Part shown: piece after piece, positions 1 to 18,643 of the stretch
Numbering within the stretch: position 1 is the first letter of the stretch
How the letters are laid out: the number at the start of each line of letters is the position of its first letter
NCBI RefSeq assembly: GCF_009914755.1
Contig: NC_060927.1
Source of the DNA: the human T2T-CHM13v2.0 reference genome, Homo sapiens
Length of the DNA stretch: 64,000 nt
Reading direction: 5' to 3' (one strand)
The notes under the pieces: generated by a model
Told to the model about the DNA's origin: nothing
The model's input: only the letters and a program-made list of their open reading frames with translations
The model's database searches: none
Translations under genes and position numbers: made by a program

Positions 1-400
1 ATACAATTCCAAGGAAGCACTGAAACTTTTCACTCAGTGGAGACTTGGTTTACCAACCCAGGGGCGTATCAGTCAGCCTGGAAGGCCCCAGAGGGCCTGA
101 GTTTGTTCTCTGAGCAAAGTAATGAACTCTTTCCCTTTGGTGCCACCACCAAGGGCCCAAGCTGCAGCCTGGTAACTTGATAGAGAGTGATATCTTCTCT
201 CTTCCCTGCTCAGCCTTGACAGTGATCCCAGTTCCTATTCAGGGTAAATCGTTCACTTTCACTTCTGCTCAGTGCAGCCTACACGGAGAGAGAAAGCGGG
301 GAGGGGAGGCACCCTGGTGCCTGGTGGCCGTGCATGCTGCGTAGGGAAGGCCGTGGTGTTCTGGAAACATGCAGAGGACATGTCTCCCAGAAGCTGCTCA

Positions 401-406
401 TTTATT
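401..406 (-). terminator. KIF9: Probable KIF9 polyadenylation signal AATAAA
   Basis: tttatt on + strand, ~630 nt past the stop codon; the only canonical hexamer I found between the stop and this point. Confidence 0.7.
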
Positions 407-1038
407 CCCTGGTACATGGAGCCAGCTCTGCCTCATCCCTTTCTGGTCTCTGTGGCTAGACCTTATCCTCCCCTGGTTGCCAAATGAAGGAGGGCCTCCT
501 CCTGTCTTCTTCACTGGCTCAGAAACACAGAAAAGATGTCTTGAGAGAACTTAGGGTCTGAGGGAGCTGTGAGAAGCAGAGCTCCTCAGACCGAGCTCAC
601 CACCCCCACCCTAGGATGTCTATCCAGGAAAGGGGCTGACCAGTGTGACAAAGGCCTGCCAGGAGGAGCCTGGCTGAGCTACTTTTCTGCCTTCCTACTT
701 GAGACTCAGTTCTGACCTCACACATACATAGAGAATATGTCCTTTCAGACAGGAAATAAGACAAAGTTCTCAGATGAGCACTGAAAGTCCAAACTAGAAA
801 GTTATTTTATCCTGTCCCTGCATATAAGACAGTGAATTAAAACCCAAAGTGCTCTGTGGAGATGAGCAAGGTTGTCCTTGGAGGATGCTCCTCCCAACAT
901 GCAGGCCAAATGTGTTCTCTGTGCTGGGTCCCAGCATTGGAGTAGAGGGGGCTGCAGCTCTGGGCAGGTGGTTGAGCAGCTCCACTACAGTAGGTGGGAG
1001 TTGCTGGTCTTGTCCTTTAAGGTACTGGCGATGAGGTT

Positions 1039-1089
1039 CTATTTTCTATGTGCCTGCTGGAGGCCCATCATGGTTTTCAAGTAATTATG
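1039..1089 (-). CDS. KIF9: KIF9 exon 21 (last coding), HNYLKTMMGLQQAHRK*
   Basis: CAG acceptor at 1090-1092, TAG stop at 1039-1041, 51 nt, phase 0. Confidence 0.93.
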   Translation of the reverse strand, partial: HNYLKTMMGLQQAHRK

Positions 1090-2124
1090 CTGGACACAGA
1101 GGGAAGAGAAAACAGGAACTTATTAGGAGGGACAGACATAGCAGGGACTCAGACCAGGCCACTCACATTCACCCTATCATTCCTCCTGCAAACATCATGG
1201 GTTGTGGACAAGGATTCCTTCTGAGTAGCCCCAATTCTCTGAGAAATAACATCCATTCAAACTCTTTCATTCTTTTATCCTAAAGAAAGTGTGTAAAACT
1301 ATTTTAAAACAGTCTGGCAGGCATATTTGAAAGGAGGCATATAGGTTTCAAGGGCATTCTTGGGAGTTTCTGATAGGGAATAGGTTCAGAAAGAAAAGAA
1401 GAGGGTTCTATCTCCAGAGGAGTTAGGGGCCAGATATTCAGAAGGGCCCTCTCTTTGCCACTGCAATCAATCAGATGTTCACAAATTATACCTTTTTAAT
1501 GCATCACTAGGCTCTTAGAAAGCAGGTGAAAACTGTAGGCTGAAACAGAAACAGTGGGCTGTAAGCCAGCAAACGCTAAAACTAGCTTGGAACATGGAAT
1601 CTTAGGTTCCCCACAAAGTAGGAGTCTGAATTGAAGCTCCCATATTAAACTGGAATTCTTGAAGAGGGTTAAAATGGTCCTGGGTTGGTAATGCCCCATG
1701 GGTAACTGCAGAAAGCAAGTGCAAACCTTTTCAGGGGGAAAATAATTTCTATTTATGTGTTCAGGTCTCCTTGAGCTTAAGTTCAATCAAACACAAGGTC
1801 ACGATTTCAATACACACACAAACACACACACATACACACGCCACTGTCAAGCCACCATGAGACTCAGTAAAACAGGAAACAGATTTTGACCATGAAAAAT
1901 CTGATCTATATGTTTCCTATATAAAAGTATATATTTAAATAACTAAAACATAGAATTGAAAGAACATGGAATGGTTCGAGTATAACATTTGCATAAAAAG
2001 TCTGTGCATGGGCATATCTTAAACATTAAAAATGGCCAACACAGAGAATTATAGAGATTGGGGAATGAGAGAATAGAATTTTGACCTGTAGAAATACAGG
2101 ACTCCTCTGCTTAATGATTTAGAA

Positions 2125-7262
<5,138 letters not shown>

Positions 7263-7900
7263 TAATGTTTGAAACACCTGAATGTATCACCTAATGAGTA
7301 TGTTAATAAATAACTACAAAAATATTTGCGAAAGAATGAACTCACTTGGGCTTCTGCCCCGTGTGCATCTGCCACTTGCTGTATAAGCACTGCCTCTGTG
7401 CAAAGAGGAGTGTGCAGTGCACAGGGCCCTCTGTGTTCTGGCTCCAGACAAGGCCTTAGTAGAATGGAGACCCTCTGCACCAGCCTAACCTGCTCGAGGA
7501 GGAGAGTACCCCACCCACTCTATAGCTAACGCCATGTCTAGCTATGCCTCAGCTGCATGTGATCCTCTGTCCCCTGCCACCTGTGCAGAGTGGACCCCGT
7601 TGGAGAGGTCCTCCCTGACAGGTGGAAGCCTCAGGGGATCCCTGGGCCTTGTTCTGCGAACCATACATAGGCTAGTCAGTACTCACCAGCCATGTCCTGG
7701 CCTGGCCGTGGTTGGTGGGACTCCTCTAGGGTCCAGCCCAATTGCAGTCTAGTTGGCAGAAGACACCCACTGACTGAGGGTGACTAATCTCCTTGGAATG
7801 GTGCCATTCCTCCCCTACCTCTCTAAAGTAGGGAATATGATCCTGGGTTTCCTAGTCACTGAGGCTCCCATCCTCCTGGAGACATAGGCCTCTGAGTTAC

Positions 7901-8005
7901 CTTCTGCTCTATCTTGACTTTGGCATTGTAGAAGGAGATGGAATCAGGGCCCTCAGGAAGCACCCTCTGCTGCAGCTGGCTGAATTTGTCCTGGTCATCT
8001 TCTCC
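7901..8005 (-). CDS. KIF9: KIF9 exon 20, GEDDQDKF...KVKIEQK
   Basis: AG/GT boundaries, 105 nt, phase 0-0. Confidence 0.95.
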
Positions 8006-8421
8006 CTGGGGGAGGACAGTCCCTTTAGCATGGTATTGTCAGGATATACCCTAGCAGAGCCTGTGGTGTGCATCAGGGCAGTCCCTTGCTGGGTTTGTGC
8101 CACACACCGCCCCACCGCCACCAAAAGGGCATCTCACAGCCCTCCAGCCCCCATGTCTGTCAGTGTTCCCACAGACAACCTGTAACTGCTGCCTGAGCAG
8201 GATGAACTGCTTTAGAAAGGTGGCAGTAGTAAGAGTGGTATTTTCCCCCATTCCTTGATAACCGAGGAGAGACCTGTACCTGCCCACCTGCCTGGGCTGG
8301 CTGTGGAGAGGCTGGGAGCACCACACACACTGCCATCTTTGTGTTGAGAACAGACGTCAAGGGGCACTGCCCATTGCCCCATGTTCAACCACTGCCACAC
8401 CCCTGCCCCTGTGCCGCTCAC

Positions 8422-8537
8422 CAGAGACACAATCCTGTTCACAGGGACCATGCCTGGCCGGATGCTGCCGCCTGGCTTCAGTGCCATCTGCATGTCCTCA
8501 GGGATGACAAAGGACTCATTGTACCAGATGTCAAATT
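8422..8537 (-). CDS. KIF9: KIF9 exon 19, (E)FDIWYNESF...NRIVSL
   Basis: TAG acceptor, GTGAGC donor, 116 nt; lies within ORF 8212..8595. Confidence 0.95.
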
Positions 8538-8830
8538 CTACAAGGAGGTGAGGAGACAGAACTTGAGGAAGCCGGTAAGGGCTGTGTGCTGTCATCTGTC
8601 TTATATCTGTTGCAGGCTCACCATCTGTTCACTTCCTGCTCCAAGGTCTTACCCTGTCCCCATCTCCATCTCTGGCCCTCACAGTCCTGGGAACCACACA
8701 TCTCAAGCCCCTGCCCAGCCCCTGGCTCTGCCAGAGAGAAACTCTGAGGGTGCTTCCAGAACTCAGGCTGTGGCCTCTCCCTAAGTCTCCTTGTACCTCA
8801 GGTGGCGGCCAACCTTCCCAACTGTCGCAC

Positions 8831-9007
8831 CCATGAGCAGGCGGTGGCGACACTGATCCACTAGGTGCTGGCAATACTGGATCTCAGCCCTGAGGTCACG
8901 CAGGTCCTGGTACTCGCTGCGGTACTGCTTCTTGAGGTCTTTGAGCTTGAGGATCAGCAGGAATTCTTCCTCATCGATGATCATCAGCCCCTTGTTTTCG
9001 TACTTGC
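8831..9007 (-). CDS. KIF9: KIF9 exon 18, (G)KYENKGLMII...RHRLLM
   Basis: CAG acceptor, GTGCGA donor, 177 nt; coiled-coil-like; lies within ORF 8781..9089. Confidence 0.95.
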
Positions 9008-11439
9008 CTGCAAGGTGATGGAAGAAGTCAGGAAATGAGGAGGTGTCCACCTGAAATTGGGGGAGGAAGGGATTCCAGAAGGTGGGCACAGAGCTGGCAA
9101 ATCATGAAGACAGGAGACCACAGGCAGGGCTGGCCCATGGCAAGGAGATGGGCAAAGCACAAGAAGGCCAGGCTGCCAGGGCATAATCTCACAGGGAGGG
9201 GAGCTCAGCTCAGTGGGGCCACACTGGCATTTTAGGGCAAACAAGAGCAGAGGGCAGGGGAAGGTACAGAAGGCCCATGCTCCATGCTTATTTTATTTAA
9301 AACTCTAGTAGCCAAAGATATTTAGTAAGCACCCCTAGTATACAAATGTCTATTTTTCTTGTAAATTACATCTACAAACTGCCATCACTGGCTAGTACTA
9401 CAAGGCACTTGGGCAAGGCTCCTTATTAATAACAGCAGATGTTCAAATTGTCTCTTGCTGATACACACATCCACCAGCTACTTTCTTTTTTTTTCTTTTT
9501 GAGATGGAGTCTCGCCTTGTTGCCCAGGCTAGAGTGCAGTGGCACAATCTCGGCTCACTGCAACTCTGCCTCCCGAGTTCAAGCGATTCTCCTCCCTTAG
9601 CCTCCTGAATAACTGGGATTACAGGCATGTGCTACCACGCCCAGCTAATTTTTGTATTTGTAGTAGAGACAGGGTTTCACCATGTTGCCCAGGCTGGTCT
9701 TGAATTCCTGACCTCAGGTGATCCGCCCGCCTCGGCCTCCCAAAGTGGTGGGATTACAGGCGTGAGCCACCATGCGCAGCTCACCAGCTACCTTCTTGTT
9801 AGAGATGATTAGACATCTATATCGTGTTGAGTAGCTATCAAAGGGCTCCAGGGACAAGGGTCAGTGCTATTAGTCTCTTTGCATGGATCTTTTAAGGTCT
9901 GTCAGTTCAGTGACAGTTGTTGGGTTAAGACAAAATAATTTGGTGTGCAAAGCCATTCACCCTGCTCTCCACTGCTCACAGCACCTGAAAGCTTAGCAAA
10001 GGCATCACATCAACCGCCATCCCCAAGTGTAGGGTAAGTGTGTTCTGCATGTGACCTGAGGTGTGTGGCTGGGGTGCATGAGGCAGCCCCCAGGTGCTAG
10101 AGGAAAGTGTTAGCACTTCCACTGATGTTTATTGAGAAAAAAGTGAGACACATTAAAAGCCACTAATGGAGTCATTAATGGAAAAGCAAATGTCTAGACT
10201 CTGGGATCTGGGATCTGGAGTGGGGAGTGGGAGTCACCCTCACCAGGTGTCTCACCTTCAATGCAGAGCAATCTGCTGTGGTCTCTATGCTGTGGGAGGT
10301 CCCTGATGTGATTATTTGGATAAGCCACAATCCTTTACAGAGTAGAGGCTTTACAGTACTCTATGAAGATGGGGAGTAACTGTGAACATCTTTTGTTCTA
10401 CCCAGAGGATCTCTGATTATCTCCAGGAAGAAAAAGAGTTGAATTTAAAGATGATTTTACATTTTTACATTTTTCTTTTTTTCTTTTGTTTCTTTTTCTT
10501 TTTCTTGAATTACTGGCCTCAAGTTCTTTTACAAGAGACTAATGTTCCAAATATGTTGACCTTCCTGGGTCAACAAGTGGCTGTCAATAATAAGGTATCT
10601 AAGAGATTGATTGATTGATTGATTTGACAGGGCCTCACTATGTCGCCAAGGCTAAAGTGCTGTAACATGATCATGGCTCACTGCAACCTCAACCTTCTGG
10701 GCTCAGGCGATCCTTTCACCATACCTCCCAAGTAACTGAGACTATAGCCATGTGCCACCACGCCCAGCTAATTTTTTATGTTTTTTTGTAGAGACGGGGT
10801 CTCACTGTATTGCCCAGGCTGGTCTCGAACTCCTGTACTCAAGCAATCCACCCGCCTCAGCCTCCCAAAGTGCTGAGATTACAGGCGTGAGCCACTTCGC
10901 CTGGCCTAGGAGATATGAGTTTACTTGATCTGTTCAAGTAAATTCAATAAAATAAAGGTATTTTATTAATATTTTAATAATCAGTGGAAAAACAACTACT
11001 TTGGGGGGACAGCACAAAAATGGGGTTTTTTTTTTAATACTGATAAATTTTTTTTGTTTGTTTTTTGAGACGGAGTCTCGTTCTGTCTCCCAGGCTGGAG
11101 TGCAGTGGCGCAATCTCGACTCACTGCAAGCTCTGCCTCCCGGGTTTTACACCATTCTCCTGCCTCAGCCTCCCCAGCAGCTGGGACTACAGGCGTGCAT
11201 CACCTACGCCCGGATAATTTTTTTGTATTTTTAGTAGAGACAGGGTTTCACCGTGTTAGCCAGGATGGCCTTGATCTCCTGACCTCGTGATCTGCCCGCC
11301 TCGGCCTCCCAAAGTGCTGGGATTATAGGCGTGAGCCACCGCGCCCAGCCGAAAATCGGGCAGATCACCTGAGGTCGGGAGTTCAAGACCAGCCTGACCA
11401 ACATGGAGAAACCCCATCTCTACTAAAAACACAAAATTA

Positions 11440-11622
<183 letters not shown>

Positions 11623-11966
11623 TCATCCTTTGAAACTGTCCACTTTCAGGTGTATTTAGGAGTAAATGATATGCCAGCATACCATGCGTATATTTTATCT
11701 TAAATATGTAATAAGGGGCTGTATGTTCAAAGAAAGTGTGAGCAGAGAGGACAAAGAAGTGCTTGTTTGTCCCATAAAATCTTCACCATGTCCTCTCCCT
11801 GTGGCTCTGGATAGGGGTATGTCTATAGCCACCATCACTGGCCTTCTCCAGCTTCCCAGACCCGTGGAGGGCTTTGCCCTCAGGAATAGCATGTCATAAT
11901 TGGTCTGTGAGGTATGATAAGAATGGCCCCAAGAATTAGAAAATAAAGTTGCCCTCTGAGAAATAA

Positions 11967-12107
<141 letters not shown>

Positions 12108-13188
12108 TAGGATTACAAGTGTGTGCCACCACGCCCTGCTCCTCTGAGAAATAAATGAGTAAAATGCACCCCCTGTGAGTGAGATGATGCATCTGACTTG
12201 CAGGAATAAACCAAGTGACATCTGGAGATCACTCATGGAAGCTGGCCTGGAACAGGGTTGTGATTTAGCGAGGGAAAGCCCAGTAACCTGTGGTGTTTCC
12301 TGTCTGGAAGAAGACAGTAAGACTGAGCCAGGAGTGTGAAGAACAGTGTGGCCTCTGAACCACCTGTCCCAGAGTTGGAATGGTCACTCACTAAAATGCA
12401 GGTCCTGGGCCCTGCTCCATCTCTCCCAAGTCAGAACCACTGGCTGAGGGGCTGGGAATCTGCACTTGACCAGCCCTCTCAGATAAGTCATCTGAACACG
12501 CAAGCTTGGTGGGCCTTGGCCCTCAGTGCAGGTGTGGGCGGCGCACGCCACCAGGACAAGGACACTGGGTCAGAGTAACCAGGTGAGCACCCTCCCCACG
12601 TTGGGGTTCTTTGCTCTTTGAGCCTGGAGCACCCCCTGCCACCAGCTCTAGGAGATAAGACTCTGACAGACCAGCACGGGTGTCAGGGATTCAGCATAGG
12701 GAATGGCCTTACTGAAAGTGAGTCCCTTGGCTCTCTGGCATCCACATTCTTGTTCCCTTACTTGGTTTTTCATAGTCCCTACCAGCAGCCCCACCTCAAT
12801 CTGACCACCTGGGGCAGTGAGGAAACCACACAGAGACCCACGGACCTTGTAGAGGTCACCAGCTACCCATCTCCCAGTGATACCTCTGCAGGACAAAGGG
12901 CCTGTTTCACCAGGGACAGTAGCACATATGGGGTGGAAGGCCCAGCACCTAGGTCTGAGATAATGCAACAATGAGGGACCCACAGGCAGAGGCTGGCTGA
13001 CAGGGAGGACTCTGCGGCTCTCAGGGGCTGACCAGAGCTAAGTGATCTGACCTATGGGTGAAGGCCACATCCCAGCACCCCCACTGGCCCCCTCCCATCT
13101 CAGACCTCTAGTGCCAAGGGCTGTTCTGCTTCAACCAGCATGACTCTGAGACCCCAAAGCTCCCTAGCCCTCTTTCCAACACATTTAC

Positions 13189-13403
13189 CTTGCTTCTCCC
13201 ATAGTGACTTCTGGAAATTCAGGGCCTCCTTGGTCACATCAATCTCCCGCTTGATGGCATTGATGTGCTGTGTGGTCTCGCTGGCCCTTTTCCTCCGTTC
13301 ATTCAAGATGGATTTGTTTTCTTTGAAAATTCGGTTGATCTCACTACCTTGCTCATTCTTAAACTCCTCAAAGGCCACTGGTTTGGAGGGTGGGGTGTCG
13401 GGC
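13189..13403 (-). CDS. KIF9: KIF9 exon 17, PDTPPSKPVAFEEF...SLWEKQ
   Basis: AAG acceptor, GTAAAT donor, 215 nt; overlaps ORF 13100..13378. Confidence 0.95.
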
Positions 13404-13640
13404 CTTGAGATGAAAAGGTGAGACCAAAGAGGATAAATGAGGTGGCTGCCTTGGAGCCACCAGGCACTTCATCTTTCTTCCCTGGGACTTCTGTGGCCAG
13501 GAGGCAGAAGTGCTAGGCACCACCTACCCAAGACAGGAGCTAAACTGTGTGTGAATCATTCCCTCCTCTTTGTTTTACTCAGCACACATACAAGGACATA
13601 TGCCCATGGCAGAAAGTGAGGAAAGCAAGGAAAAGTATAA

Positions 13641-13946
<306 letters not shown>

Positions 13947-14017
13947 TAATCCACCCGCCTCAGCCTCCCAAAGTGCTGGGATTACAGGCATGAGCCACTG
14001 TGCCTGGCCCTGGATTT

Positions 14018-14279
14018 CATATATGTGTGTGTGTGTATATATATATATGTGTGTGTGTGTATATACATATATGCATATATACATATATGCATACACACAC
14101 ACATATAAAACATTTTATATATGTGTGTGTATATATACATATATATACATATATACGTATATATACATGTATATACGTGTATATATGTATATATATGTAT
14201 ATATGTATATATATACACACACACATATATAAAATATATATATATATATATACACACACATATATATATATATATATAT
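14018..14279. repeat. Compound (TA/TG/CA)n microsatellite, ~260 bp
   Basis: Mostly alternating purine-pyrimidine run between two Alus. Confidence 0.95.
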
Positions 14280-15440
14280 TTTTTTTTTTCTTTGGAGACA
14301 GCATGCTCTGTTGCCCAGGATGGAGTTCAGTGACTCGATCACAGCTCACTGTAGCCTCGAGCTCCTGGGCTCAATCAATTCTCATGCCTCAGCCTCCTGA
14401 GTAGCTCGGACTACAGGCATGTACTCCCATGCTCAGCTCCCTTTTAATTTTTTATAGAGACAGAGTCCCACTATGTTGCCCAGGCTCTCCAACTCCTGGG
14501 TTTAAGCAATCCTTTCGCCTTGGCCAACCAATGTGCTGGGATTACAAGCATAAGCCACCGTGCCTGGCCTTTTTGATATATTTTTGAATGGCTAAGGCCA
14601 TGCAGTATGTTTAATTTTACATCTTACTTTTTTCAAAAAAGCATTTCATGTTATTAAAAACCCTTTGAGAACTCTGGTTAATGAGTGTAAGATGAAGTGT
14701 TGGGGTAAGGGGAATTGGATTGATGTGGGCAACTTTGAAATGCATCAAAAAAAGAACATGGAGGGATAGAAGGATAGAGGCAGAATGAAACAAGAATAGT
14801 AACATATAAATTGTAGAATTGGGAGGATGGTTGGTGTACAGGTGTTCGCTGTACAATTATTTCAACTTCTCTGAATGTTTAGAAATGTTCATAGGTTGAA
14901 ATTCTTCACGGACAACCCAATGGCAGAGAACAATTCACTTAGTGCCCTTTCCCTAGTGTTGGCTACTGAAGGTTTTCAAAAATGTATATATTTTGCTTTT
15001 TAAATAAATGATGAAATAAACATCTTTTGCATAAATCTTGTTTCACATCTATTTCCTTAGGATAGATCCTTAAAAACTCATGAGGGAGAGGGGCTGAGTG
15101 ATTTGAGGAAAGGGAAGAGGTTATATTCTTTCATACCTTAAAATTTTTAAATCTTTTGAATGCAGTACTTGTACAAAAGATACATAACTTTAATTATTTA
15201 AATAATTGCTATTTGGAGGGTCTAAAATGATTCCATGTTTAATTGTGCATCTTGGATGACTCCTGAGGTTGGATCATTTTGCAGATGCATAAGTCATGTT
15301 TCTTCTTTGGGGACTGTGCTCCTAGTCTTTGCCTATTATTTCTTATTTTATTTCTCTTTTATCTGCAGGTACTCTTCACATGTTGAGGATCACATATGGT
15401 TTTGTTTGATCTGGTGCAGAAGCTAACATTAGCTGATTAC

Positions 15441-15635
15441 CTAATTGGGCGTAATTCCTCCTTCGGGGAGTCTGAGGGAAGGGGCTCAATGCTGGAAGTT
15501 TCCCGGTCCCGCGAAAGCATGTCTTTGACATCCCCATCTTTGGAGGATGGGACCAGCTGGGTCTTGGAGGTGGAAACGTAATCCAAGTCCTTCCCATTCA
15601 CAGGGCTGCTGGCACCTTCCTTTCTTGCCAAGGAG
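15441..15635 (-). CDS. KIF9: KIF9 exon 16 (195 nt, frame-preserving cassette candidate), SLARKEGASS...ELRPI
   Basis: CAG acceptor, GTAATC donor; same phase at both ends, so skipping gives 725 aa. Confidence 0.93.
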
Positions 15636-17180
15636 CTGGAAGAAGGCACGGAAGCCCCAGGGTTCAGTCATGGACAGTGAGTTATCAGATGCCAGGATGA
15701 GTGACCTTTCTCAGCACTGACTACACTGGGAACCCCACCTCATTCAGCTCCCATCTTGTTCATATGCCTAGGTAAAAGCGCAAATAGTGTGATGCTAAGC
15801 CAGGCAGATGTGGAGGAAGAAGAGGGCATTTTTCTCCCTTTTATCAGAACAAAGAGCCCTCGGTGGTCTTGGCAGGAGACGCTTGGGAAAAATGGGTACA
15901 ATCTCCAGGGATTGAAAGTGTATGGACCTGTAGGATGGGCCACAGGTTCTCAGGAACCACCACGGCTGCTGAGGTCTGAGTCATACAGGCTTCCCCGGGA
16001 AGGACTGGCAGAGCCCCACACAGGGTGGTTCTGTCTGTGGATCAATGGTAAAGCAGGATGGCTCTGCCCTGCTGTTCTTACTGGTCCACACCCTGTTCTC
16101 CACACCAGCTCCCAGAAAAGTAGCTGTCCTCCCTGCTGAAGTGACAGTGCTTGGTGCCTTTCTCCGAGAAGAGGCAGATCTGAGGACCGAACTGGCAGGA
16201 GGATGCCCATGGCTCTTCCCAAAGGTCTGAGGATAGAAAATCTGTTTCTTCCTCTTTCCTCCTCCTTGCAACGAGTATGGCTCAGGGAACTGAGCCTCAA
16301 CCCATTGAATACTGCACTGATTATCCGGAAGCAGAACAGAGAGGGTTGGGGTGTGACTGCACTCATGAAGAGGCAGGAGGAAGCCAGGGACACTGGCATC
16401 CTCTGCTGCCTGACTCTTGTCCTGCGTGTAACAGTTTTCTACAATCAGCTCTGGCCTGTGGCCTGTGCTCACACACTCTTGCTCACAACAACCTCAATGA
16501 CTTGGATGCTATTATTATTATTCCCATTTTGGAGATGCAGAAACAGGCACAGAGCGGTTCTCATGTCTCACATGGGGTGACCCCTTGGGTGTGAGAAGTG
16601 CAGAGCAGGGAAGGGAGCCCAGGCGTCAGCTCCAGAGCCTGTGCTCTTACCCACCACTACACAGCACCCTGGGAGGGCTCACTAAGTGAACCTAAATGCT
16701 CTTCCCACCTTGCACATACAAACGAGTCTTGCCTGAAAGGTGAACTGGAGTTTTAGGTGACCTGAGTGCCAGTCGGCGGGAAGACCCTAGTGAAGTGAGG
16801 GGAGGGGGTACGACATAAAGTACCAGAGGGCATGGGCTCTGGAGAGCTGGTCCAGCTTCTTGCTGCCATTCCACTACTCATTGGTGGTATGGCCTTGGTG
16901 AGTGACTTCCCCTCTCTAAGCCTCTGTTTCTTCATCAGTGTAATGAAGACATTAACTCCCACCTCACCAGGTTGCTGTGAGGACGAGAGATGATTCTTGT
17001 GCGGTTCCAAACCAGCCCCAGCCCGGGCCCCACAGACTTGCTAGTATTGGCAGCAGTGACGTCCATTGTGCCAACCCAGTAGCTGAGACACCAGGGGGAA
17101 AGTGGGAACAGTGCACATCCTCCCATTCACCCACCGAGGAGGGCCAGCTGCTGAGGAGGCAGAGCGGCAAGGTCACTCAC

Positions 17181-17314
17181 CTGAGTGGCTCTTTGAATGT
17201 CTTCTTGGACTTGGCTTTCTTCCCAGGTTTGGTAGAGAAAGGGGCGACTCCGAGTCCAAAGTTTTGTCCTTCAGGCTCACCCACTAGGTGGCCATCAACA
17301 TCCACAAGCCCCGC
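17181..17314 (-). CDS. KIF9: KIF9 exon 15, AGLVDVDG...KTFKEPL
   Basis: TAG acceptor, GTGAGT donor, 134 nt. Confidence 0.94.
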
Positions 17315-17810
17315 CTACATAGAGAGGCCAGCCAAAGGTCTGTGAGTTAGATTAAGGGCTTGGACCCCTTGGGGACCCACATGTATATGGCCCAAGGCTC
17401 AGGGTGGACATGTTCACCATACACACCAAGGTTTGACAGCTGCTGATGCCAGCCTCAGGCTGTCCCCTGTAGAGCGGTCCCTGACCACTCTGCCAAATGT
17501 CCACTTTCCACATGCACCCCCTCACCAGTATGGCACCTCATTCCATACTCTGGGGATCTTAAAGCTTATTTCCAACCTAATTCCAGGAAATCGTCTTTAA
17601 TATTATTATCCATGTCTCTACCTTATGGAAATTATTTTTAATTCAAAAGTGGTTTACTCTTAACACAGGTCACCTGTGTTCATTCTGGTGTTACCTTTAT
17701 CTGTTGCAATCCTAGCTCTGGTTTAATGCATTAATACTTGCTGGCTCTGCAAAGGTCTGAGGATGGGAAATCTGAGGTGAGTGCTGTCGGCAAGTAGCAA
17801 CTATGCTTAC

Positions 17811-17901
17811 CTTCTGGATAGCAGAAATGGCTGCAAAGTCATTCCTGTCAATGAGGGTGTACTTCCTGCGCAAAGTGGACTCCACTTCCTGTTCCTGTTG
17901 G
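17811..17901 (-). CDS. KIF9: KIF9 exon 14, QQEQEVES...ISAIQK
   Basis: AAG acceptor, GTAAGC donor, 91 nt. Confidence 0.94.
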
Positions 17902-18587
17902 CTTGGGAGACAGCAAGAGAGAACAGCTTGTACCTGGGGCCATGCTGAATCCACTGGGGCAAGAACCAAGTACTGGGGTTAAAAGTCATATGGGTGAGGC
18001 CCCTTGTGTGGGGCCACACCTTCATCATGAACCAGACCAGACAAAAGGACAAAGGACTCACTTCCCCCTGCCCCATTGCATATACCCACTGTCCGACCCC
18101 CATACCCACAAGGGCTACCTTATGTCATGTGTGTCTGCTCCAAGATGACACTTGATAAGGACCGTAAGCTTCACTTGGGACCATGTGGGGTTCTGTCTTA
18201 GGTTCTGTCTCTAAGAGGCCACTTGGAATCACATGACCAGCTTTAGTGACACCACCTAGCATAAGCTGCTCAGACTATGGGTATGTTTGCACCCAAATAA
18301 ACCACAAATGCCTCCTGAGGTGGGAGTGTGTGTTGCAATATTCACAAGGTGAATATTCACAATGCCCTGCTCTGGGCACTCTCAGAGCTGGCACTCCATA
18401 AACACCTCCTGTCCAATTAATGAACTCACTGAATATCCACCAGGGACCCAGGCATGCCCCCAAGGACTCTGATTTGGCTCTTCATCCACAAGCAAGAAGA
18501 GGATGCTCTTGGAGGCAAGTGCCCAGATGGCAGGAGATGAAAATGGCAGCCTGATGTAGGAATGAGGTAGGGGTGGGGGTCTCTCAC

Positions 18588-18643
18588 CTCAGAACCACCC
18601 GGAACTGGTTGAACACCTCCTTGATCTGTCTAAGGCTGATTAT
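18588..18643 (-). CDS. KIF9: KIF9 exon 13, IISLRQIKEVFNQFRVVL
   Basis: CAG acceptor, GTGAGA donor, 56 nt. Confidence 0.93.

Noticed and set aside
10128-10133. Minus-strand AATAAA in intron 17 (another near 47635)
   Set aside because: The hexamer alone is frequent by chance, and I see no supporting terminal-exon structure.
15756-17345. Cluster of 100-160 aa ORFs on both strands in unique intronic sequence
   Set aside because: They overlap in several frames, often start at non-ATG codons, and show no recognisable domains.
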